Of a DNA stretch of 64,000 nucleotides, positions 9,761 to 18,087 are shown in pieces. The position numbers were made by a program, and so were the translations under genes. Source of the stretch: an uncultured delta proteobacterium (GTDB lineage: Bacteria > Myxococcota > Kuafuiibacteriia > Kuafuiibacteriales > Kuafuiibacteriaceae). Location of the stretch: assembly GCA_963803435.1 (NCBI GenBank), contig CAWDML010000001.1:2400001-2464000 (forward strand), given 5' to 3'. Each line of letters starts with the position of its first letter. The stretch's first letter is position 1. The notes beneath the pieces are model-generated. The model saw only the letters and a program-made list of their open reading frames with translations, made no database searches and had not been told where the DNA came from.

Positions 9761-9861
9761 CGGACCGAGTATGCGGCGTCTCCGTAGCCCAAACCAGTAT
9801 GCCACGGCAGATCGGCCCGATGAGGGACGTACAACCACCGGCAGATGGGCGAGATTCGACG

Positions 9862-11712
9862 ATGATGCGGCCGAGAAGAGCCTGGAGCGTGCTGGTCCCC
9901 TGGATGGTGGGACTGGCTGCGTGCGGTGGGGACCAGCGGCGCCCGCCCTCGATGATGGAGCCGGGGACCTGCGGCGACGGCACCATCGACCGGGGTGAGA
10001 CGTGCGACTCGAACCAGAGCGGTTGCGCCACGCCCGACGGCGCCGCGGGCGTCGCCAACTGCAAGTCCGATTGCTCCGGCTTCGGTGAGTGCGTTCCGAA
10101 CATCACGCCGGCGTGCGGCAACGCCACGCGCGAAGGCGGTGAAAGCTGCGATTCCGACAGCCTCGCGTGCACCACTCCCGAGGGCTATCCGGGGACACAG
10201 CTCTGCAACTCGGCTTGCACCGGCTACGACGGCTGTACCAGCAGCCTCTCCTGCGGCGACGGGATCTGCTCGGCCGGCATCGAGACCACGGCCGACTGCC
10301 CGCAGGACTGCATGTCCGGCGCCGCCAACGATCGGACGCGAGAGTCGGGCGTGGTGATTCGGGTCCGGAGCGAGGAGCAAGGTTTCCTGCGCAACAACCT
10401 CATCGACGACAATCCGAGCACCGCCTGGCGTGACTCCGCCAACGTCAGCTGGATCGAGATCGACTTCAGCGGCACCAGCGCAGGCGCGTACACCATCAGC
10501 GACTTCTCGTTCACCTCGGCGTCCGACAACCCCAGCGCAGATCCCGCGTGGTGGACGCTGATCGCCTCGAACGGCAACGGCCAGTGGGACACGCTCAACA
10601 ACGCCGGCGCCTCGTTCGACCAGCGCGGCGAGCGGCAGACGTTCAGCATCGCCAACCCCGGCTCGTACCGCGTCTATCGCTTCGATCTTGGGAATCACGG
10701 CGCCGCCTTCACGCAGGTGGGAGAGATCGAGCTGCTCGAGTCGGGTCCCGCCGTCTGCGGCAACGGGACGGTCGACGGCACCGAGGTCTGCGACAGCAAC
10801 ACGCGGAACTGCACCGCGCCCAGCGGCTACCCCGGCTCCGAGCGTTGCAACCCCGGTTGCGACGGCTACCAGGGCTGCACCACCAGCCTCTACTGCGGCG
10901 ACGGCGCCTGCTCACCCGGTCCGGAGAACAGCACCACCTGCCCGCAGGATTGTCCGCTCAGCAACTATCCTCCGCCGCCGGTCTATCCGGGCACCTGCCC
11001 GACGCTGATGCCCGGCAACAACACGATCGACTCCCTCAACCATCAGCGGCAGTTCGAGCTGCGGCTGCCGCCGAACCCGGTGGGCGCGCCGGTGGTCTTC
11101 GCCTGGCACGCGCTCAACGCCACGCCGCAGGATGCGATGAACTGGCCCGGCCTCGACGCGCTCTACGGTTCGGGAGGCTTCATCCTGGTGGCGCCCTACT
11201 CCTGCTGCGCCTCGGAGTGGGTGATCGGCGGGGATCCGAACAACAACCCGGATCTCTCGATTTTCGACGACGTGCTGGCGTGTCTCTATCTCCAGTACAA
11301 CGTGGATCTCGATCGCATCTACGCGACCGGGTTCTCGGCGGGCGGCCTCTACACCAGCTATCTCCTCCAGCAGCGCTCCGGTCGACTCGCCGCGGCCGCG
11401 CCGTTCTCCGGCGGGCTGCTCGGCCAGTACACCCGGCCCCAGTTCGATCTGCCGGTCATGTTCACCTGGGGTGGCCCCACCGACATGTACGGGAGCTTCT
11501 CGTTCGAGACGGCCACCTTGAACCTCTCGGCGGCGCTCCGGAACGACGGCCACTTCGTGATCCACTGCGCCGGCAATCACAGCCACACGCTCCCGAGCGA
11601 CTCGGGCGCGTGGACCTGGCGATTCTTCCAGGATCACCCGCGCGGCATCGCGCCGGAGCCGTACGCGGGCGGGCTCCCGAGCGCGCTGCCGGGGTACTGC
11701 ACGATCCCCTAG
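9862..11712 (+). CDS. Lipoprotein with Cys-rich repeats, F5/8-C(discoidin)-like module and C-terminal PHB-depolymerase-like alpha/beta esterase
   Basis: Lipobox LAAC; CG(D/N)G..E.CD repeats; DDNPSTAW..DPAWWTL..YRVYRF; nucleophile elbow RIYATGFSAGG. Confidence 0.8.
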   Translation: MMRPRRAWSVLVPWMVGLAACGGDQRRPPSMMEPGTCGDGTIDRGETCDSNQSGCATPDGAAGVANCKSDCSGFGECVPNITPACGNATREGGESCDSDSLACTTPEGYPGTQLCNSACTGYDGCTSSLSCGDGICSAGIETTADCPQDCMSGAANDRTRESGVVIRVRSEEQGFLRNNLIDDNPSTAWRDSANVSWIEIDFSGTSAGAYTISDFSFTSASDNPSADPAWWTLIASNGNGQWDTLNNAGASFDQRGERQTFSIANPGSYRVYRFDLGNHGAAFTQVGEIELLESGPAVCGNGTVDGTEVCDSNTRNCTAPSGYPGSERCNPGCDGYQGCTTSLYCGDGACSPGPENSTTCPQDCPLSNYPPPPVYPGTCPTLMPGNNTIDSLNHQRQFELRLPPNPVGAPVVFAWHALNATPQDAMNWPGLDALYGSGGFILVAPYSCCASEWVIGGDPNNNPDLSIFDDVLACLYLQYNVDLDRIYATGFSAGGLYTSYLLQQRSGRLAAAAPFSGGLLGQYTRPQFDLPVMFTWGGPTDMYGSFSFETATLNLSAALRNDGHFVIHCAGNHSHTLPSDSGAWTWRFFQDHPRGIAPEPYAGGLPSALPGYCTIP

Positions 11713-12071
11713 GAGCGTGTAGCGCGTAGCGCTACCGCGAGCCCGGTCCGGGTCCCGGTCCCGGTCCCGGTCCCGATGGCGGCTTGGAGCTTCTGCTCGT
11801 TGGCGAGTCGGCGCCTCAAGCAGGTGTGGAGTGAGGCGGCGCTTTCGGTGCCAGGGCGAAGTGCCATCCGGTAGAAGCGAGCCTTCTCAGGTGGATTGAA
11901 CTCTCCGGCGCCCTCGGCGGTGTTGTTCACGATGGAATCGGATGCCCGCCGAAGCTGATCGCGGACGTGAGCGTGACCGGGTTGCAGTTCTTGTGCGATC
12001 TCTTCAGCGATGTCGGCATACTCGACGGCGAGCTGGTAGGCCTCGAGCTTCTCGTGATCGAAAGCGACCAT
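11709..12071 (-). CDS. Four-helix-bundle protein (23S rRNA IVP-like family) with a 99-bp in-frame deletion relative to copy 2
   Basis: FDHEKLEAYQLA..RDQLRRASDSIVNNTAEG..EKARFYRMA; reads into the IR giving GTGTGT. Confidence 0.8.
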   Translation of the reverse strand: MVAFDHEKLEAYQLAVEYADIAEEIAQELQPGHAHVRDQLRRASDSIVNNTAEGAGEFNPPEKARFYRMALRPGTESAASLHTCLRRRLANEQKLQAAIGTGTGTGTRTGLAVALRATRS

Positions 12072-12189
12072 GCAAGCTAGCTTGCGGTAGCTCGTCCACT
12101 TTGACCAGCGGAGTTCTTGGAGGTCGTTTCGTCTGGAATCGATCGTTGGGCGGATCGACTTCGACGCCTGGACTTGATCCCATGGTTTC

Positions 12190-12400
12190 GTGGCGAAGCA
12201 ATACCGTTCTTGGACTCCGAGACAATCGTTCTTGCTCCCGCCGTCCCCTCTCGAGTGGCTCCCAGAAAATCATCTCGCGTACTTCGTCTTGGACGTCGTC
12301 GATGAGGTAGAGCTGAGCGCGATCGAGATCTCGATCCAGTCCAAGGACCCGCGAGGCGAGCGACCGTACTCGCCTCGAATGATGATCGCGCTGCTTCTCA
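12190..12400 (+). pseudogene. IS1182-family transposase N-terminal fragment
   Basis: QSFLLPPSPLEWLPENHLAYFV..RGERPYSPRMMIALLL, after which homology stops. Confidence 0.8.
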
Positions 12401-12466
12401 TCGGTGCTGCAAGTGCAACGCGCGGACCAGGCCGTCGCGGGTGCGGAGCCGTTCCCTGGGAGGCAT

Positions 12467-12491
12467 TCGACTTCCCATCATGGGAAGTCGA
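12467..12491. terminator. Perfect 11-bp inverted repeat over the stop codon of the TPR/PEGA gene
   Basis: TCGACTTCCCA-TCA-TGGGAAGTCGA; no U-tract. Confidence 0.4.
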
Positions 12492-13611
12492 GCTCGACGT
12501 CGAGCCCGACCGAGCCCGGCGCCGCCACCGCGCCGAGGCGCGCGGGCGCGACGTCGGCACCGAGGATCCACCACAGCACCGCGCCGGCGGCCAGCGCGCC
12601 GGCCCCGGAGAAGCCGACCACCGCGGCGGTCGCCTCCTCGTTCGCGCGCGCTCGCAGGCGCACAGCCTCGATCATCGAGAGACCGACGACCACGCCGCCC
12701 CTGTCCGTCGCGGCGCGCCGAACCGTCCCTCGGTTCGCCTGAGCGAGCGCGAACAGGAGCGCGCCGGCGCCGCCTGCGAGCAGCGCGGCGCTGCCGAGCA
12801 CGATCGGTCCGGCGTGGGCAGCGCTCGGGGTCCGAAGCGACAGCGCGCGCTCTCGGGGAAGCTCGCGGCGCGCGATCGGATCGAGGATCCTTCCGAGCGC
12901 CAGCGCCCGCCCCTCGCCGATCCGGACCAGCTTCGCCTGGGGGCCGGCTTCGGTCTCCGCGCGGATCCGATAGGAGCCGGCCGGCAGCGCGATCGAGAGC
13001 TGGGCCAGCGGGCTGCGAATGGGGCGGTCGTTCACGAAGAGCGCGCGGATCTCCGGGGCCCGCGCGGTGGGTTCGAGCGAGAGCACCGCCTCGTGCTCGA
13101 GGCGTACCTCCGGGCGCCGGTCGACGTCGATGCGGCGCGCGCGAACGGCGGTGAAGAAGACCAGGACGGCGCGCCGGCCTTGGGAGAGCTCGAGCAGATG
13201 CGGGCCCACGGGGATCTCGGTCTCGCGGCCGACGGCGATCGGGTCTCCGTCGAGAAACGCGCGCGCGTCGGGCGAGGTGACCTCCAGCCAGGCCTCTTCG
13301 AGCTTGGGCCGGAGCACCGCGAGGCGCTGGCGATCCAGCTCGACGAGCGGCGGTTTCGTGGCCGGATCGTCGAGCACGCGGGCGTAGGCAACCGCCGCCT
13401 CGTCGTAGCGTCCGAGGTCCTCGAGGGTCCGGCCGATGTTGTTGAGCAGCTCCGGAATGGGCCGCACCTGGTACGCCTCGCGGAGGAGGGAGAGCGTGCC
13501 TCCGGCATCACCCGCCCGGCGCGCGTCGGCGGCGCGTCGCAAGAGATCGTCGAAGTCGGCTCCCCACGCGCGCGAAGCTGTGATCAGGATCAGGGTCGCG
13601 AGAACGCGCAC
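12478..13611 (-). CDS. Exported TPR + PEGA-like protein with C-terminal hydrophobic segments
   Basis: Signal peptide (ASRAWG); AY..RP.PELLNNIGRTLEDLGRYDEA TPR; P.ARAFLDG PEGA-like motif. Confidence 0.75.
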   Translation of the reverse strand: MRVLATLILITASRAWGADFDDLLRRAADARRAGDAGGTLSLLREAYQVRPIPELLNNIGRTLEDLGRYDEAAVAYARVLDDPATKPPLVELDRQRLAVLRPKLEEAWLEVTSPDARAFLDGDPIAVGRETEIPVGPHLLELSQGRRAVLVFFTAVRARRIDVDRRPEVRLEHEAVLSLEPTARAPEIRALFVNDRPIRSPLAQLSIALPAGSYRIRAETEAGPQAKLVRIGEGRALALGRILDPIARRELPRERALSLRTPSAAHAGPIVLGSAALLAGGAGALLFALAQANRGTVRRAATDRGGVVVGLSMIEAVRLRARANEEATAAVVGFSGAGALAAGAVLWWILGADVAPARLGAVAAPGSVGLDVELDFP

Positions 13612-13683
13612 AACGGATCACCTGGAACCGTAACCCATTGATGTGCCACTGGCGATGGCCTTCTGCTAACGTCGATTCGCCGC

Positions 13684-15586
13684 GTGACTGGTTCCGGCCG
13701 CCTATGTCCGCTCTGCAACGAGACCCTCGGTGCAGACTTCTGCCCGACCCACGGAGTGCCGACGCTGGTGATCGCCGAGCTGGAAGGGCCACCCGCGCCG
13801 ATCGAGCTCGGCACCGTGATCGGAGGTCGCTACCGGATCGAGCGGCTCCTGAGTCAGGGCGGGATGGGCGCCGTCCTGATCGCCACGCAGCTCGGCATCG
13901 GTCGCACCGTGGTGGTCAAGGTGGTCAAGACCGCCAAGGACGCCCTGCTCAACCACCTGCGGCGCTTCTATCGCGAGGCGATCGCGATGAGCCGCCTCAA
14001 CCATCCCAACATCGTCCGCGTCCACGAGTTCGGCGTCGACCTTCCCACCCGCACGCCGTTCCTGATCATGGAGCACGTCGAGGGACGGACGCTGCGCGAC
14101 ATCGTCGATGAGGAGGGGCCTCTCCCGGAGCGGCGGGCGGCGCGCTTGCTCGGGCAGGTGGCGCGCGCGCTCTTCGAGGCCCACAACCACGGCGTGCTCC
14201 ATCGCGATCTCAAGCCGCGCAACATCATGGTGCGGTCGCTCGCCGACGGCGACGAGCTGATCAAGGTGCTGGACTTCGGCCTGGCCAAGATCGCGGAGGA
14301 CGACAACCCGCAGCCGCCGCTGACCCAGCCGGGCAAGACGATCGGGACGCCCTCGTACATGAGCCCCGAGCAGGTGGTGAGCGCGGAACAGGACGGCCGC
14401 ACCGACCTCTACGGTCTCGGCTGCGTCCTCCACATGGTGCTGACCGGCGCCGCGCCCTTCGTCGGCACCGATCTGATCGACACGATGCGGATGCACCTCA
14501 ACAAGGCGCCGCCACCCCTGCCGGAGCGCCTGTCGGACGGCCAGCCGCCGAGCGACCTCCTGTGCTCGCTGTACGGGCGACTGCTCGCGAAGCGCAAGAC
14601 CGACCGACCCGAGAGCGCCGCGGAGGTAGCGCGCGATTTGATGACCATCGCCGAGGGCCGCCTCGAGATCCCGAAGATCCAGCCGCTGCCCCACGTCGAT
14701 CGGGAGCGGGACGTCATCACCACGCCGTCGGCGCACGGCCTCGAGGACTCGGACGCACTGGTGACGATCCCGGCGGAGGGGACTCTCCTGACGGAGCTCG
14801 GAGGCTCCCTCCCGGAGTCGCGAAACCTCGCCGACGAGCTGGGCTCGGGCGTCGGCGTCCGCGAGAAGACGGAGGACTCGATGCCGAGCCTGCCGCCCAC
14901 GCCGCCGGAGCCCCGCCGCCTGGGCAGGGCGCACTTCGTCTCTTCCTCCGGAGACAACGAGGAATGGACCACCGTGCTCCCCTCCTCGCTCAATCCGGCC
15001 GACTCGGGCCTGACCCCGAACACGCCCTCGGAGCTCGAGCCCCCACCGCTCGAGCGGCCCGCACGCGCGACGCCATCGCGGCCCGAGCCTCTGCACCTCC
15101 AGGTCCCCGAGATGACCCAGGCCAAGACGCCGACGGGCATGATCGCGGGCGGAGCGGCGCTGCTCGTCGCGGGCATCGTGCTCGGCTTCCTCTACGCGCC
15201 CAAGGCCGAGACCGAGGTGCCGCCCCACGAGGAGGATCGCGGCCGATGCACCGCCGCCGCCCGCGCCGCCGCCGATGGTCACGGCGGTCCCCGCGCGGGC
15301 CGTGCTCCTCCAGTCGACGCCCAGCGGCGCCGCCGTCTTCTTCGCGAGCGATCTGCTGGGCAAGACGCCGCTCGAGGTGAAGCTCCCCAATCCCGGCGCC
15401 GAGCGCCACCTCAGCCTCGAGCTGGGCGGATTCGAGAGCGCGCACGTCATCCTCCAGGGCGACAGCCCGCACGTGATCCTGGTGCCCCTCGAGAAGATCA
15501 AGGAGCCCGAGAGCGCACAGAAGAAGAAGCGGAGAAAGCGGAAGAAGCACGACACCTCGGACGATCCGGAGGTCCCGGTATGGTGA
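13684..15586 (+). CDS. Membrane Ser/Thr protein kinase with C-terminal PEGA domain; frameshift near 15225
   Basis: GGMGAV, HRDLKPRN, DFG, GTPSYMSPE; TM segment; LQSTPSGAAVF..LGKTPL in the shifted frame ending at TGA 15586; N-terminal CxxC..CxxH. Confidence 0.85.
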
Positions 15587-16386
15587 GAGCGCGCGTGCTC
15601 GCGCTCGTCACCACCTGTGCCTGCTCCGCCGATCTCGGGATCGAAGCGACGCGATACCACTGCGACAACGACGCGCAGTGCGCCGCCGGTTACGCATGCG
15701 ATCCGGCGCTCGCGATCTGTACCGAGTCGAGCGAGAGACCCCGCGCGGACGCGGGCGAGCCCACCTGCGGGTTCGACGAGGACTTCAGCGACCTCGACGT
15801 CCAACGCTGGCGACTGAACGGGAGTGCCGCTGCGATCGAGGGCGGTGTCGAGCTCACGCCCGCAGAGCCCAATCGACGGGGCACGATCTGGTACACCCAC
15901 CGGATCGACGCCGAGCGCTTCCGGTTCGAGATGGTGTTCCGGATGTTCGACGGCGGCACGAGCGGCGGCGAGGGGATGACGATGGCGTGGATCGAGGAGG
16001 ACGCGGCCGCCAGCGGCGGGGGCGGCGCGAACCTCGGCGTCTACGGTCTGCACGGTTACGTGGTGGAGCTCGACACACTCTCCAACGTCGAAGGCGATCC
16101 GAACGCCGAGCACATCGCGTTCTCGCGCACGACCGGCGCGCTGTTACCCTCGGTCGACCGGTTCGGCGTCGTCACCGGACTCCCATCCCTCCGCAGCGCG
16201 AACGCGCGTACGCTCGCGGTCGACTTCGACGGCGCCGCGGTGCAGATCGCCCTCGACGGCGTGCAAGTCATGACGGCCACGGTGGCCGGCGACCGGCCGT
16301 TCAGCGCCACCTTCGGGGCCACAGCGGCGACGGGGGCGCGCTTCGACGCACACACCGTCCGGCGTCTGACGCTGACCTGTCGCTGA
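15580..16386 (+). CDS. Lipoprotein with legume (L-type) lectin-like domain
   Basis: GGAGG RBS, ATG overlapping the kinase end; C-x-x-D-x-x-C Cys module; WRLNGSA..LTPA..GTIWY..GGEG..VVELDT. Confidence 0.75.
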   Translation: MVRARVLALVTTCACSADLGIEATRYHCDNDAQCAAGYACDPALAICTESSERPRADAGEPTCGFDEDFSDLDVQRWRLNGSAAAIEGGVELTPAEPNRRGTIWYTHRIDAERFRFEMVFRMFDGGTSGGEGMTMAWIEEDAAASGGGGANLGVYGLHGYVVELDTLSNVEGDPNAEHIAFSRTTGALLPSVDRFGVVTGLPSLRSANARTLAVDFDGAAVQIALDGVQVMTATVAGDRPFSATFGATAATGARFDAHTVRRLTLTCR

Positions 16387-16487
16387 CCTCGACCGGCCGA
16401 CTGTGACCCGGATCGCCCTGTGGCACCTCCGCCACCGGTGATACCGCGGACTGACCGGATCGCCCGCCTCTGCTACAAGAGGAGATC

Positions 16488-17339
16488 ATGGTCGCCCTCC
16501 CCGTCCACAGCAAGGAACTGCTCAACGCCCTCGGCCCGTCCGCGGACATCATCGGGACGCAGGTCGGTCAGCTCGACGCCGGCTCCCTCGACAAGCTCAA
16601 GAGGCTGCGCTCGGCCTACAGCATCCCGACCGCATCGCTCACCCGCTATCAGGCGGCCGCGGATCGATCGTCGGACCTCCCGCCCTTCGGCTTCAACCCG
16701 CACCCCAAAGACGCGCTTTCGAGCCTCGAAGAGTCGGTCGGCACCACCTATCACCGCGATCGCGTGGCCAAGCATCCGACCGCCAGGAACCGCTTCACCG
16801 CGCTGCTCGATCGCCACCAGCAGCGCGCTCAGGTTCTCGCGATGGCCATCAGGAAGCGCAGCGATCTGAGAACGGCGGTGGAGCGGATCGCCGTGGGACG
16901 GATCCTTCCCGACGGACGTAACGACGGCGTGCTCACCATCCAGACCAACAAGAAGGCGGCCGGCATGCAGAGCGCCGCGATGGTCGGTCAAAAGATCGAG
17001 CAGCAGGCGAGCCTGGCCACGCCGGAGCTCCTGAAGCAGTTCCTCGACCTCTATTACAACCAGGCGAGCTTCGGCCCCTTCGGCCTGTTCGCCAGCGGCA
17101 TGGAAGGCTTCAGCCTCGACGAGAGCAGCCTCGACGGCAGCAGCGACTACGGTGACAGCTCCGACTTCAGCAGCCCCACCTCGGTGGGCCAGTTCGATCA
17201 GAGCTCCGGCCTCGACACCGACATCCTCAAGCTGAAGCGGATGATCGACAAGAAGAGCCAGGCGACCGACCTCTTCAGCCAGACGCTGACCGCCTACAAC
17301 AACGCCGCGAAGAACATCATCGACAAGATGCGCGCGTAA
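16488..17339 (+). CDS. Hypothetical protein with T3SS-substrate-like C-terminal helix
   Basis: GAGGAG RBS; no signal peptide; C-terminus LKRMIDKKSQATDLFSQTLTAYNNAAKNIIDKMRA. Confidence 0.6.
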   Translation: MVALPVHSKELLNALGPSADIIGTQVGQLDAGSLDKLKRLRSAYSIPTASLTRYQAAADRSSDLPPFGFNPHPKDALSSLEESVGTTYHRDRVAKHPTARNRFTALLDRHQQRAQVLAMAIRKRSDLRTAVERIAVGRILPDGRNDGVLTIQTNKKAAGMQSAAMVGQKIEQQASLATPELLKQFLDLYYNQASFGPFGLFASGMEGFSLDESSLDGSSDYGDSSDFSSPTSVGQFDQSSGLDTDILKLKRMIDKKSQATDLFSQTLTAYNNAAKNIIDKMRA

Positions 17340-17359
17340 GACCGCCGGCCCTTTCCGAG

Positions 17360-17989
17360 TCAAACGTCGCGCGGCGAGGAGCCGGCGGTGTGCTCGCGGC
17401 AGTACGCCTTGCCCTCGACCGCTCTGCGCAGACAGCGGGTGCCGTCTGCCTGGAGGCCGTGGCAGCGATGCTCGTCGCCGAGCGCGAGAGCGTGGCGGAG
17501 CCCCTTGGTGGCCTTCGCCTCTGACGTCGCCGCTTGGCCGCGCACCCAGCCGGCGCCCGGTCGATCGTCCTCGGAGGTCTCAGCGTCGCGAGGACGTTCG
17601 GCGTCGGCGCGATCGTCGGCGTCCGAGGGCTCGGCGTCATCCGGCGCGTCGGCGTGCGCTGCGGTCTTCTCGGTGACCTCGTCGGCGTGCTCGACGAGCG
17701 GTGTCTCAGGTGCAAGCTCACTTGCATCCGGCTCCGCCAGCGGCGCCTCTTCGGGAGGGAGATCCGGGAGACCGCCGGCGGTCCACGCGTCGTCGAGGAA
17801 CGGGTTGGCCTCGAAGCGCTCGACAATCGCATCGTCCGACGCCGGCTTCGGCGGCGCTTCAGCGACGTCGCCACGGACCTCCTCGAACGCGCCCTCGGCG
17901 CGGTGGCGGTCGCGCTCGACCACCTCCGCCAGGTCGAGACCCAGAAAACGAAGAAGCCGCTGACCGATCCGGTCCTCCATCGCGCTCAT
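17360..17989 (-). CDS. Acidic disordered protein with C-terminal CCCH Zn-finger-like motif
   Basis: RCHGLQADGTRCLRRAVEGKAYCREH; start uncertain (17989 or 17980). Confidence 0.65.
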   Translation of the reverse strand: MSAMEDRIGQRLLRFLGLDLAEVVERDRHRAEGAFEEVRGDVAEAPPKPASDDAIVERFEANPFLDDAWTAGGLPDLPPEEAPLAEPDASELAPETPLVEHADEVTEKTAAHADAPDDAEPSDADDRADAERPRDAETSEDDRPGAGWVRGQAATSEAKATKGLRHALALGDEHRCHGLQADGTRCLRRAVEGKAYCREHTAGSSPRDV

Positions 17990-18087
17990 CCTCGCCCGTT
18001 GGTGGAACGCGTGGCAGTGACCGGAGTTACCCTCGAACATCTCACTTCGGTCGCGCGTTCCCGGAAGATCGGTCTACCCTGGGCGGC

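Larger units (their letters stand above)
11709..12400. mobile_element. Truncated IS1182-family element, copy 1 (left IR, four-helix-bundle gene, 5' part of transposase)
   Basis: 11709-11781 identical to 22554-22626; 11782-11854 and 12128-12202 also match copy 2; no right IR; right boundary approximate. Confidence 0.8.

Noticed and set aside
6833-9787. 984-aa plus-strand ORF and other long antisense ORFs (e.g. 60742-63543, 13702-16113, 17986-20310)
   Set aside because: Shadow ORFs opposite well-supported genes, expected in high-GC DNA
11741-11775. CRISPR array or standalone microsatellite from GTCCCG repeats
   Set aside because: No spacers or cas genes; the hexamers lie within the IS terminal repeats
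11709-12071. Diversity-generating retroelement (Avd-like four-helix protein plus repeats)
   Set aside because: No reverse transcriptase in the window, and the repeats show no adenine-specific mismatches; they are explained by the IS
12190-13641. 483-aa intact transposase
   Set aside because: Only the first ~70 aa are transposase-like; the rest is antisense to the TPR-PEGA gene
13640-13660. Sigma54 promoter from TGGCAC (minus strand near 13648; also plus strand near 16420)
   Set aside because: No GC at the required 10-nt spacing
13684-16386. 900-aa kinase-lectin fusion ORF
   Set aside because: Artefact of the frameshift: the PEGA tail is in another frame and the lectin gene has its own RBS, ATG and signal peptide
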